A stretch of DNA of 64,000 bases from Centroscyllium fabricii. Lineage: Eukaryota. The DNA lies in NCBI GenBank assembly GCA_051313645.2, contig JBNRSN020000007.1, positions 74,462,001 to 74,526,000 of the forward strand. Reading direction: 5' to 3'. Each line of letters begins with the position of its first letter. Positions within the stretch are counted from its first letter, which is position 1. Positions 51,980 to 64,000 of this stretch are shown one piece after another. The notes beneath the pieces were generated by a model that was not told where the DNA came from, made no database searches, and saw only the letters and a program-made list of their open reading frames with translations. A program made the translations under genes and the position numbers.

Positions 51980-53061
51980 GTAATACCAGGAGTTGCCAGT
52001 TTAACCCTTTTGTAGAACAGTAGCAAATGCCTCTGGAGACTTGCTTTCCTGGTTAACCTTTTTTAACTACTGAAATTATAATTTAATCTTCCTTGGCCAG
52101 TTGAGGTCACTCCCAACTATAAGCTGATCTTTCCACCCTAGATTCTAATACTGACATGAGTGGTAATTCCTTCATCAGTAAATGTCGGTTTGTTCAGGAC
52201 AAATAGTAACCAAATGTATTGACACCTGTGGTGTTAATGGTGCTGAGCACAGAGATATGGCCACCACTGTAAGCTGTGACTGCTTTTGGTCATGTAATTA
52301 ATAGTCGCTTGGTGATTTGTGGGGTGAGGGTAGATAAGCGATTATACCATTTTCTAGTGGTATGCTGGAAGATGGCCCTGCAACTCGAGTGGGGAAATGC
52401 AGACCTACATGCTTTAATTTCCATCTCTAGTGCACCCTCTTATTTCCCCAGTATGGTGCCCAAGTTTTTCTCTAGCTGCTGCTTTTGAAGGAAGTTGTCT
52501 GTTTTGATGGCTTTAGCTCAGTTTTACATTGGATGAGTCTCTCCAAGCTTTCGGTTCCATCTCTGCTAGATTTAGAACACCCAGGGATTTCATTGTACCA
52601 CCCAATTCTTTTCTCATTTGTCCATTTAAAAAAATAAAAAATAAAAAATGGTTGTTACAGTGATGGCAAGAGCAATTTCAGGTGATTAATTAAAACTTGG
52701 TGTATATGCTGAAGTATGACTTTTCTTGGCTTAATAGTACTAATACAAAAATAAAACTAGTGATAATGCCAATTATTAAAACCATAAATCCCAAGGTTCA
52801 CTGATTTTTGTGTGCTGCAATTAGGCCTCTTCCTTGTGGCTGCTGTGCTCCAAGTAATATGATTCTAAACACACAAGGTGGATACATTTCTTTGCATTTA
52901 TTATGGTGCAAGTGTATTGTGTGTACTTATTTTTATGGGTTGATGGTTTTGTTAATTTGAAGCTCTGGATGTGAGTGCAAGGCCAGTTTTGGAGTGTAAG
53001 AGCCAGTGGAAATAAGTAGGGCTTCTGCTTTGTACATTTCCCATTCTCTTGGGTTGGGTGT

Positions 53062-53883
53062 GGGGGGGTGATTTTTGAAAAGGTGTGGGAAGCTGGTGGG
53101 TTTTGGGAGTCGGTTTTCTGACAATGTTTGAGGGTCTGGCACCCCACGCAATTTTGGCTTAATTGGCCAATTAATTGCCTGCGTGTGGGAAGCCCCTGCC
53201 AATACACAATTTCCAGTCGGAAAGCAGCGACCTGCAGATGACAGCCGGAGGTTTGATTGGCAGTTCTAGGGACTGTTGGTTTCTATGGAAACTGTCCATG
53301 TCACAATGGAGTGCAACCAATCTCAAAGCCCAAGTGGGTTGAGTGACTGGTCTAAGGACTCGCTGCAAAGCTTTCATAGTGAGGGGCCATCTCTATGAAG
53401 CATTGTAGAATCTGTCAAGGTAAGTCTTTTCAGTGTTTTCGCCACAGCTGGTCTTCACCCAAGGGAGTCGCTTATTCTCCAGGGTGTTGAAGGCCTGGAA
53501 GGCATTCTGCTGGAGGTCCTCCAATGTTTTGAAGGTGAAAGTGATCAAGTCGACTGATACCTGTAGCTTTCACCAGCGGGGTTTCAGGATGGCGGGGAAT
53601 AGGTGGGAAGGGCTTAAAAATAGCGAGGGGGCCCTTAAAATGGGATTACTCATGTCAATTAAGGGCCCCTAATTAACTCAATGATCTATCCTGCTGGTGG
53701 CAGGCGGGAAAGATTTGGGTCGGCTGGACACGCCGCCCAAAAACTGCAAAACGGCGGGGATCTACCGGGAGGGGTAGGGACCCCCCCTGCAAGATTTTAG
53801 GCCCTGCTCTCTCGGCCAAAGGGGAACACCCCCCCTGGTTTTGGGATTTTAGGCCCCGCCCTCACAGCCCGAGAAAAATCCCC
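53062..53883. mobile_element. Non-autonomous DNA element (Harbinger-like), related to 9770-10556
   Basis: Ends GGGGGGTGATTTTT / AAAAATCCCC; shared internal blocks. Confidence 0.5.
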
Positions 53884-53984
53884 TTTGTATTCTGCCCAAA
53901 TTAATTTAATCCAAATTAAACCATTGCTCAATACAGAACTAAACCAGGTTATTTCAGTGTCAACTATTGCAAATGGTTTTTAAA

Positions 53985-54422
53985 TATTTATTTGCTCACT
54001 GGATGTGGGTGTCACTGACGAGGCTGACATTTATTGCCCATTTCTATTTGCCTTTGAAGGTGGTGGTGAGCTGCCTTGAAAAGCTGCAGACCATGTGGTG
54101 AAGTTACTCCCACAGTGCTGATTTTGTTGCAGCAGGTTTATACTGCTGAGTAGCTTGCTAGGCCACTTCAGAGGGCATTTGAGCGTCGACCACATTGCTG
54201 GGGGTCTGGAGTTGCATATAGGCCAGACTGGGCAAGGACGGCAGGTTTCCTTCCCTGCAGGGCATCAGTAAACCAGATGGGTTTTTACAACAATCTGGTC
54301 ACCATTACTGATGTGTTTTTTTTATTCCAGATTTATTTAATTACCAGCTGGCGTGGTGGGATTTGAACTCATCATCTCCAGATTATTAGTCCAGTAACAT
54401 AACCACTATGCTACCGTACCCT
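53985..54422 (-). mobile_element. tRNA-derived SINE (family of 27715-28158)
   Basis: Colinear with 27715-28158. Confidence 0.75.
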
Positions 54423-54702
54423 CTCGTTAGCTCATTGAAAAGTTGTAGGTTGAGTGCAAGGCACTTGGTGAAATGCTTACTGTATCTAATGTGTGCCAAG
54501 TCCTATGAAGCCCACTGAACAGAACGCCAATATCTAGGAAATTGAAAAATACCCTAATAGCATTTCAAGTCAGCAGTGTGGTTTTCCATTATTCTCCTTC
54601 CCCTCTATTTCCTCCCCCCCCCCCCATATGTTTATTTCATTAAAAAGAAGTTTGTGTGTTTGTTTATAGGTGGGTTTTAGTTTAAACTGGATTACCTAAT
54701 TA

Positions 54703-55006
54703 AGAATAACCGGAAACGCTGGAGAAACTCAGCAGGCCAGGCAGCATCGGTGGAGAGAGAAATGGAGTTAATGTTTCAGGTCAATGACCTTTCATCAGAA
54801 TTGGGGGAGGAAAAAGCAGGAAATGGAAAGCAAGTTTGGCCTCCCAACTTGCTTTCCATTTCCTGCTTCCCCCCCCCCCCCCCCAAGTTCTGACGAAAGG
54901 TCATTGACCTGAAACGTTAACTCGGTTTCTCTCTCCACTGATGCTGTCTGGCCTGCGGAGTTTTTCCAGCGTTTCCTGTTTTGGATTTGCAGCATTTTGC
55001 TATCGT
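54703..55006. mobile_element. Penelope-derived palindromic (fold-back) element with hammerhead motifs
   Basis: Arms 54712-54836 and 54846-54976 around a 9-nt loop; 12-bp TSD ATTACCTAATTA at 54691-54702 and 55007-55018; arm sequence matches the tail of the Penelope at 15055-15150. Confidence 0.85.
54883..54925 (+). ncRNA. Minimal type I hammerhead ribozyme motif
   Basis: CCAAGTT-CTGACGA-A-AGGTC-att-GACCT-GAAA-CG-TT-AACTCGG: intact CUGANGA/GAAA core, 5-bp stem II, palindromic ACGU stem III, 6/7-bp stem I. Confidence 0.72.
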
Positions 55007-55166
55007 ATTACCTAATTAGGTGTTTGTTTTAATTGATTTCTGTTTCAAACTGGTTTCTATAATGCACTCGAGCCAAATAGTAGCGAAGTACATTTCAACA
55101 GAGCAGTTTTTTTTTTGAAGGATTTTGAACTGCAGGAACTTTTTTTTAAATCTTTCTCCTCCTTAG

Positions 55167-55406
<240 letters not shown>

Positions 55407-55964
55407 TAATTTCCATGGGGAATGCTGTCTGTAATCTAGGCAAATGGATGATGACATTTTGATAATTTGAGGTAACTTTTTGCACCCTTGCCCGCCCCTG
55501 CTGACCTCTGCCCTTTGGTACCTCAAACCCCAGGGGTTGTAAGCCAAGATCAGTGTTGCCCAACATGTTGGCCACTAGCCACGTGGTTAATTGGAAATAA
55601 AGATGTTGCTAATTGCACTTAATTAGTAAGCAAGAGTAATGGACACTTGTCATTCAGCTCTGGAAACACCAACAACATTGCATGAAAAGACAATGGGTAA
55701 GCAGCATCCAACCACATTCTGGCGAGTCTGGTGTGTCTCATTGTGCAAGTCAATGTTCTCGGCAAGTACAACTTGTAACTGCAGGACAAAAAGTTAGAAG
55801 CTACACTAAGATGTGCTGTCTGACAAGCCATTGTTGCAAAGTTTGCTGAAGGAGTGACTTGAGAAAATGTTAACCCTGGTGGTAGATGTTTTTTGAGTAA
55901 ATATACACGAAGTACATTTGTGTGTAAGGGGTTTTCTATTAAATATTGCATATAGTTAAGTGTT

Positions 55965-56339
55965 AGAAACATAGAGCAGGAGTAGGCCATTCGGCCCTTC
56001 GAGCCTGCTCCGCCATTCAATGAGATCATGGCTGATCATCCATACCCAGTACCCCGCCCCTGCCCTCTCCCCATATCCCTATCGAGCCTGCACCGACACA
56101 TATCGCACCCTATCCCCGTAACCCCACATATTCAAACCCCCTAACACTAAGGGTCAATTTATCCTTGCCAATCAACCTAACCCGCACATCTTTGGACTGT
56201 GGGAGGAAACCGGAGCACCCGGAGGAAACCCGCGCAGATACGGGGAGAATGTGCAAACTCCACACAGATAGTCACCCAAGGCTGGATTTGAACCCGGGTC
56301 TCCAGTGCTGAGACAACAGTGCTTGCCACCGTGCCGCCC
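55965..56339 (-). mobile_element. HE1-type V-SINE (full length)
   Basis: Reverse complement of the 127-480 family. Confidence 0.88.
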
Positions 56340-56907
56340 TGTTGCTGTGGCCGTGCCTGTGGCTAGTCAGCAATTTCTATTAGACCAGCAGTGGCCTAGA
56401 GCTAAGTGGCTGGCTGGGTATGGGACAGTGAAGTGCCAACACCAAGTCGAATCCTCTCCTCACCCGCCATCTACACATGCAACCTATGGCAGGAACCCTG
56501 TCTTGGAATTCTTTTCCCTCTTTGCCCCAAACACCAGGGGCACTGGGGTACATTGTAGCACTTTTGTTGCTCTGGCTGAAATTGGCTAACTCTGCAAAAG
56601 CTAGAAATTTGAGCCTAGAATCTTGTCTAAATGGCTTGTTACACTGGAAGTGGAGCTGGCGGAATCTGCTGGCTCGCTTGTTTGGGGAGAAACTAGCCAC
56701 TGTTTTCCCATTTGTTGATCTAGAATTCAACCTTGGCAGTTGTCAACTGCTGTGGGATGGTTCACATGTGCTTGTCTAGCTTGGAGAGTGCTGTTCAATC
56801 TGATTGGGAGCAGAACTGCTCCCAATGAAGGAAATGGCTGGAGGGGCAGGCAGGAGTGGGGGAAAAGCAAAAGTTAATTAAAATCCATAATGCTGGATGC
56901 AGTTTGA

Positions 56908-57072
<165 letters not shown>

Positions 57073-57902
57073 TAGAATATACAGCAATCTGCAAAAATAC
57101 ATTTGGATGGAGAAGACCGTTTGCCCCAATTGATCTTCACCTGAATACCAATCCTACCATCTTCTATTTACAGCATCTAGTCTGTATCCTGGTCTCAACC
57201 ACTTTGTCCAGCTGCAGCTTGACCAGAGCACTGTTAGCTTAATGTGACTTCTGAGGATTTGAACATTTTGATTTGGTAGTGCAACCCAGTACCTGGTACT
57301 CACAAGAAAGAAAGAACTTGTGTTCCAAATCAGCCGGCATGGTGATAATGTGCATGTCAGTATATTTACAATGAACATGATTACACGTCACAATGGATTT
57401 GACCCTGGTCTTGACCAGGATTTGCATGCAAGCTGCTCTTAAGATGCTGGTGATTTGAGTTCTGGAGTTCCCTGCTGCTTGTAAACTTGGCTATATTTGT
57501 GCTGAGTGTTTACAGCTGACGACGGACATGAATTCAGTGCAACCATCTCTTGATTTCTTTTTCCAACCCTTCCTACCCACAAAGCCACTTAAAAGTGGAT
57601 ACTCTTAGTTGGCATCTACCTAGTGTTCACCTCTGCATTGTGCCAGTTTCTCCATTCTGTGCTGAATACAGTGCATTGTTAGCAACAGCTGATGTGGTGA
57701 AATCTCTAGTTTGTGTTCATACGACTTTCCTAGCTGAAAGGGGCTGGGGGACCCTCTGGGAGCAACACAAGATAAAATGGAGAAAAGCTAACCATATTGG
57801 TTTGTTTTCTGATGATGCTATCGCCCTCTGCAGAATGGACCTGCATTTAATGCATTCTTTAAATGTTGAAACGTGTTATGGCAAATTCTCTCATTTTCAT
57901 AG

Positions 57903-58079
<177 letters not shown>

Positions 58080-58684
58080 TAGGATTTGAAGCAAGAGTTT
58101 CGGTTTGTAAACTTGGTGACGTGGGATTTAAAAATGACTATTCCATTTCTGACTGCGCACACATGCCCCACTAATATGTTTCTGCAGGAGATTGGCTATC
58201 CAACCATGCCAGACAGTGCACCATGACTGTTGGTGAATTCCTTGGGTGTGGTTTGGAGACTCTTGAGCAGGGAGGGGGAGAGAAAAAGCTTGGTTGTAAT
58301 CCATACTATTTGTAAAGGGTAATTGGTAAAGGGTTTAATTGTTCACCATTCTATCCCCATTACTTTGCACACCAGGTCAAGTTTTAGTTCTGGGGAACAC
58401 TTTCTTAACCTGTGGAAGTGAACTTTTGGGCTGGGTTTGAGGAAGAGGTATTTAGAACAGCAGAACTATCCCATCCTTCAAATGAAACATTACACCAAGG
58501 TTTTGCTGCCTCTTCCAGTGGAGGATAATCTGTCAATAATTGGAGGAGCAGAGTTTTGACATTGTGGCCAATATTCCTCCTTCAATGTTGTGGAATGTTT
58601 CTGGCATGATGTGGTTACATTTGCCTGTATCAGTTTCTGCACTCGATAATTAATTGAGGTGGAACATACTGATGCATTTTAGTA

Positions 58685-59328
58685 CAGGTGCACAATCCTT
58701 TATCCGCAAACCTCTGGACCGGGCGGTCTTCGGTTTTCGGGATGGTGCCCAGTGCGCATGTGCATTGCCGTGTTGGCGACCGATTGCACCTCAAACAGTA
58801 GGAGATTGTGGGCTAACAATAGAAAACGCTGGAGAAACTCAGCAGGCCAGGCAGCATCAGTGGAGAGGAGCAGAGTTGACGTTTCGGGTGGAAGACCTTT
58901 TCCAAAAGGAGATTGTGGGCCATTGATACTGGGGCTCGGGCGCAGCGCTGTGAGGCAGCCGCAGTGGCGGCCCGCGGAACGGCAGGCCGTTCTCTCCCAT
59001 TAAAGGGGGGGGGCCTAGTGCGGCTGCGGGCAGGGCCGCCGAGGGATCGGGAGCCGCAGAGCGAGCTCGGCACTCTGATGTGCCGGGCTCAGCTGAGTGA
59101 GGGCTCAATCCCGCCGGGGGAGTCGAGTAGGGGTAAGTGCCGGGCTCAGCTGAGGGAGGGCTCACCCCGCAGTTTTTACATTTCCCAGTGCAAGGGATGG
59201 AATGGGAATGTAATATCTGCTACACCGGTATGATTCAAATCCGCTTTCAAAACTGGTCAGGTTTGGTGCAACTCTTGTAATTTTGAAATTTCGGTTTTTG
59301 GAGTTGCGGATAAAGGATTGTGTACCTG
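58685..59328. mobile_element. Tc1/mariner-pogo MITE with 25-bp TIRs
   Basis: CAGGTGCACAATCCTTTATCCGCAA / TTGCGGATAAAGGATTGTGTACCTG, TA on both sides. Confidence 0.85.
58814..58906 (-). mobile_element. 93-bp Penelope tail fragment nested in the MITE
   Basis: 14-bp TSD AGGAGATTGTGGGC at 58800-58813 and 58907-58920; matches the left arm at 54712-54790. Confidence 0.8.
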
Positions 59329-59453
59329 TACTGTAAACAATTTTTAGTGTGCTTTTTCCCCTCCCTTCTCCCCCACTGAAAGCTGATTAAGTTTCACTTT
59401 GTTTTGACTAATTTTTTAAAAGGTGATTTTAAAGTGTTCTTTATTGTCTCTAG

Positions 59454-59584
59454 AGCACAGCTAGAAACTGAGAGAAAGAAGAGAGAGCACGCAGAGAAAG
59501 AAAGGGAGACTATAGAGCGTGAGAAGGATGAATTAATGGAAAGACTGAAGCAAATAGAAGAACAGACTCAAAAGGCCCAAAGAG
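59454..59584 (+). CDS. msn: Moesin coding exon, [43 protein letters not shown] (coiled coil)
   Basis: AG/GT flanked, 131 nt, lies within ORF 59404..59604. Confidence 0.92.
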
Positions 59585-59795
59585 GTAACATTGAGAGAAA
59601 CTAATTTATCTGAGTGAGAAACATGTTGTATTAGTTGATCCATAAATGAAGGGGTGGAATAAAGGAAGGACTTTCAACAAAAGTATTTCCTAAAGAGTCT
59701 CCTCTTCCTTCTAGTGTGTTTATGGGCGAGAGGGAAATATATAATTATAAATCATTGCTGAATAATACTGTATATCCTATTCTGTACATGGGTAG

Positions 59796-60170
59796 GTTAG
59801 CACTGTTGCCTCACAGCACTGGAGACCCGGGTTCAAATCCAGCCTCTGGTACTATCTGTGTGGAGTTTGCACATTCTCCCCGTGTCTGCGTGGGTTTCCT
59901 CCGGGTGCTCCGGTTTCCTCCCACAGTCCAAAGATGTGCAGTTTAGGTTGATTGGCCGTGATAAATTGACCCTTAGTGTTAGGGGGATTGAATATGTGGG
60001 GTTACGGGGATAGGGTGGGATACGTGGCTGTGCGGGCTCGACAGGGATATGGGGAGAGGGCAGGGGCGGGGTGCTGGGTTTGGATGATCAGCCATGATCT
60101 CATTGAATGGCGGAGCAGGCTCGCTCGAAGGGCTGAATGGCCTGCTCCTGCTCCTATCTTCTATGTTATG
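59796..60170 (+). mobile_element. HE1-type V-SINE
   Basis: Colinear with 127-480. Confidence 0.88.
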
Positions 60171-62199
60171 GGGATTATTACACTTTTTGTGAACGCTTGA
60201 TGGACTAGACTTTTTATACCTGTCCCAAGTCATCATGAAACTAAGCATCATGAGCCCCCCACTCCTCAAATATTCTCTCTCCAGCCATCATGTAATTTCC
60301 TGGGAGAGGTTTATATATAAAAAAAAAACCTACCTTGGTCAATTCAGGGCAGGGGCACAATTTAGATGTTGAAGAGGAATTTCCAAAAGTGACAGGATCA
60401 GTGACCATAAGGTACATACTCAACACCAACCTACCTTTTCGTTCAATCATATTGGCCTCAGCAAGGAACTTGTCTAGATCCTCATTGATGGTTATGACCA
60501 ATTGTTAAAATTCTTGGGAGAGGAGCCAAAGACTCTAATTCAAATTTCTTTTTAAAATCTGACTTCATAAATTGTGATCAGTATTGCACTACAATATTCT
60601 TTGTAACAGCCTCCACAGCTTCACTGCAAGGCTGTTCCATAGTGTTGCTGATGGAGCAACTTTGTGTCTTGGTTCTGAAACAGCTCCAATCTAGAGCCAG
60701 CAACCTCAGTAAACTATACTAAGAGAGAGGGTGAGTACTCTGCCATTTTTGCGCCAGCTTTCATCAGGAACCAAGGGGGGAAAAAAGAGGATAACTGCAA
60801 GGGCCTCTTCTGGAATTGTATCTACTGATTAATGGAGCCCTACTGATCAGAGTGTGCCTGGTTGAATCTCTGTTGGCAGCTCAGTTGGCTGATCATGGCT
60901 AGGGCAGTGGGGGAAGTGTTACTGTTGGCCTTCCTGTGATGGAGGGGAAAACTGGCCGCACTTCCTGCTTGTCGCTATTCAGTAGGCCTTGCTGAAAAAT
61001 ATTTATTTCTGCTGTGAACAGGAAACTGGTTTGACTGTGGTGCCCCCTATGGATAAATAAAGTTGCTGACACTGTCTAAACTCATGAAGATTGGATGCTT
61101 GGACAAAACAGCAAGCAGAAATAAACACTTCAGGATAGAACTAGGAAAAATATTAGACAAAACCACTGAGACATGATGAAATATAATTTTGCTGGGGGGG
61201 GGGGTGGTAAACTTCAAAATGCTGGCCTCCTCTTCCCCGTCCCGCTGCCGCCTTCCCTCACTGTGGCAGAGCGGGGGGTGTTTGGTTTGAAAGCGGGGTC
61301 AGGAAGAGTGTGTCCCATTGGGGCTGCTTTTTGAGAGCATAATGATTAGAGACTACCGAGCCAAATATTTTAATTTTTGTTTTTCAGAAAGGGAAGTGGA
61401 ACGATCAGGCTGGGGGTTATGCCTTTGTTTTAGACAATTTGGACAAGGGTGGTGGGTGGGCAGTGCTTGTTTTATATTAAAAAAAAAAAAAAAAAAAGCT
61501 GGGCCTAAAGAGGCCGCATGGCTTTGTGCTATGAATATTTTTTAAAAGACGGCTCTGCCTTAAAGAAAAAATTAGTCGCCCAGACAGCTGGGTAGAATTG
61601 TCCAGGGATTCATAGACCAGCGGTATAGTGCTGTTTATTTTTTAATTTTAAAAAGGGCCGAGTAGAAAGTAAGCGACAGGACTGCCCTAGTTTTTTAAAG
61701 GCGGGGCTGACTAGGGCCACATGAGAAATGGATCTGAAAAACCGGGAAGGAGGAAAGGTGGGACATGACGTGGAGCCAGACTAGGATGATCTAAGCAGGG
61801 CATGGGCTGAGAGTTTTTTACATTTTTATTTTTGGTTTTGGGCATTGGGGCCTCTGAGCAGGAAAGGCCAAGTGGTTGTCATGGGAGTTGCAGGGCTGAA
61901 TCTCTTTACAAGCAGGGAGTGGGGGCAGTTTTTGTAGAAGTTTGCAACAGTATGTAATTTGCATTGTTGCTGTCTTAACTGGCCAGTAGGGCAGTCTGAG
62001 AGAAAGTAAGAGTGCCACCTAATGGCCACTGGCCTGTAGCTATACATGTGGCAAGCATTTACAAAGTGTTCTGCCGTTGTAAAAAGGTGACACCGTAAAA
62101 TAAGCTTTTGTGGACAGGAAGTACATACTGTACACAAGAATTATAATAGATATCCATACTGGGCACGTTGTAACAAGCTGCTTCCATGTTATCTTCCAG

Positions 62200-62360
62200 A
62201 ACTGGAAGAGCAAACTCGCAAAGCACTGGAGCTGGAGCAGGAGAGGAAATGTGCCCAGGAGGAGGCTGAACGAATGGAACACGAGCGCAAGACTGCAGAG
62301 GAGACCAAGACTGCCTTAATTGAGCAATCCAAAACCCAGATGAAAAATCAGGAGCATCTG
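62200..62360 (+). CDS. msn: Moesin coding exon, [54 protein letters not shown]
   Basis: AG/GT flanked, 161 nt, phase 1-0; ERM alpha-helical domain. Confidence 0.92.
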
Positions 62361-63741
62361 GTAAATAATGCCATTGCTAATATCAAAGGAATTTGAAATT
62401 CCTGTACTAACATGCTCATTTATGAATATTGTACAGAGGAATTTGAACCCAATAGATGATGGGTCTAGACTCACTGAATCCCTGCAAAGCAAAAAAAACA
62501 ATTGCTTGCCCTGTTGCCTGCCTACTCGGATCCTACAATCTAAGGGGGATCCTACAATCTAAGGGGGTCCCAAGTAGGAGGGCCAACAACTGTCAACCCC
62601 AGGCACCCTGGCTGAGCACACAACTGGCCAGCCACATGAAAGTGAGGTGGGAGGGCTGGGAACATAATAAAGGAGCATGTTGGCCTTGCATCTCTCGCAG
62701 TTGAAGACACTGCTCTGCCCTTAAGGGAAGCCCTGGAAACCCTGACTGTACGTTAAAAAGTGGGGGAAGGGGGTGGAGACCTGTGGAACCTCTTTCTCCT
62801 GATCTTTCCATTTTGAAAAATAAAATTTGGAAAATTGGCCTCTCTGATGCGTAATAATTCTTCAATAAAAGAAAATCTGTGAATGCTGGAAATAATAAAG
62901 TACACAGAAAATACTAGAATAGACAGCCTGTGTATGTTTGAAATAAAGGATGGGTTAATTTTCTGGGTGGGCAGTTCTAATGAAGGATTTCTCCCCAAAG
63001 CTGTTTGCCTTTTTGTCTTGGTGGAACTGTTGAGAAATTTCCAGCATTTTCTATTTATAATCGATCCTTGGGTTGTGGCTTGTTGGGTACTGCATGGTTC
63101 CCTAAAAGTTAATCCAGCTAATGAAGGTGTTTGATATGGAGGCCACTTCAAGAACCTGCTGACAGCCAGTACTAGTAAATGCACGTGACCATGTCCTATT
63201 ATGATGCTTTGCCTTAAACTGGTTCAACATTAATTTTCCTATCCGGAGGTAGTTTGTATCCTGATAACTAACTGATATTTACTGAGGGGGCTGTACTACA
63301 CCGTCTGGCTGAGGCATTATTGTGTCCTTTGCTGGCCTGTTAAAGCTGTATTTTCTAAGCAAAGTGGGCAACACTAAAAGCAAGTTGGTACTTTTCATTA
63401 AGAATTAGTTATATGAAGTAATTTTAGATTTGTGTTCTATATGTGGCATTAGCTCCCCATGTTTGCATTGCTAAAACATGCTCTATTGGCTCAACAGAAG
63501 TGTAGGGATGAGTGTGGTGGCTTGAGCAATATAAATGTAGAGGTAATGCACAGATGTGGCTCTCCCATTCTAAACCACAGAAGCACCAAATGTAAAAGTG
63601 CTTCCAGATGACGATTGAGGTCTCATCCTACATCCTATTAATGTGACAAAATTGAACTCCTTGTTCAGCCTGGCCTACTTGTTATCAAATATTTGGTCTT
63701 GACTTCTATACATAACCTTAACTGCAAACTCCATTCTTGGA

Positions 63742-64000
63742 AATAGAAACTAGGAGCAGGAGTAGGCCATTCGGCCCTTCGAGCCTGCTCTGCCATTCAG
63801 TGAGATCATGGCTGATCATCCAAACCCAGTACCCTGTCCCTGCCCCCCACCCCATCGAGCCTGCACCGACACATATCCCACCCTATCCCCGTAACCCCAC
63901 ATATTCCACCCCCTAACACATTAGGGTCAATTTATCATGGCCAATCAACCTAACCCGCACATCTTTGGACTGTGGGAGGAAACCGGAGCACCCGGAGGAA
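63742..64000 (-). mobile_element. HE1-type V-SINE (runs off the window)
   Basis: Reverse-complement tail and V-domain. Confidence 0.85.

Overview
Eukaryotic, repeat-rich vertebrate DNA. The HE1/V-SINE, Deu-SINE, CR1 and L2 repeat content points to a cartilaginous fish (shark). The window holds nine consecutive + strand coding exons of an ERM-family gene, best matching moesin (msn; about residues 5-417). Its first coding exon and its 3' exons were not found here. The introns are filled with SINEs, CR1/L2/Rex1 LINE fragments, Tc1/mariner-pogo and Harbinger-like MITEs, and a truncated Gypsy element that lies inside the ends of a CAGGG-terminated DNA transposon. The most notable signal is a set of Penelope-derived insertions with 12-14 bp target-site duplications. 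Two of them are non-coding fold-back elements with a minimal hammerhead-ribozyme motif on each arm. Other notable items are a Gypsy leader with no tRNA PBS that can base-pair with its own LTR poly(A) signal, a 5S-rRNA-headed SINE3-like element, and a MITE family carrying GCGCATGCGC (NRF1-type) palindromes. Repeat family names come from recognition of motifs, not from database searches.
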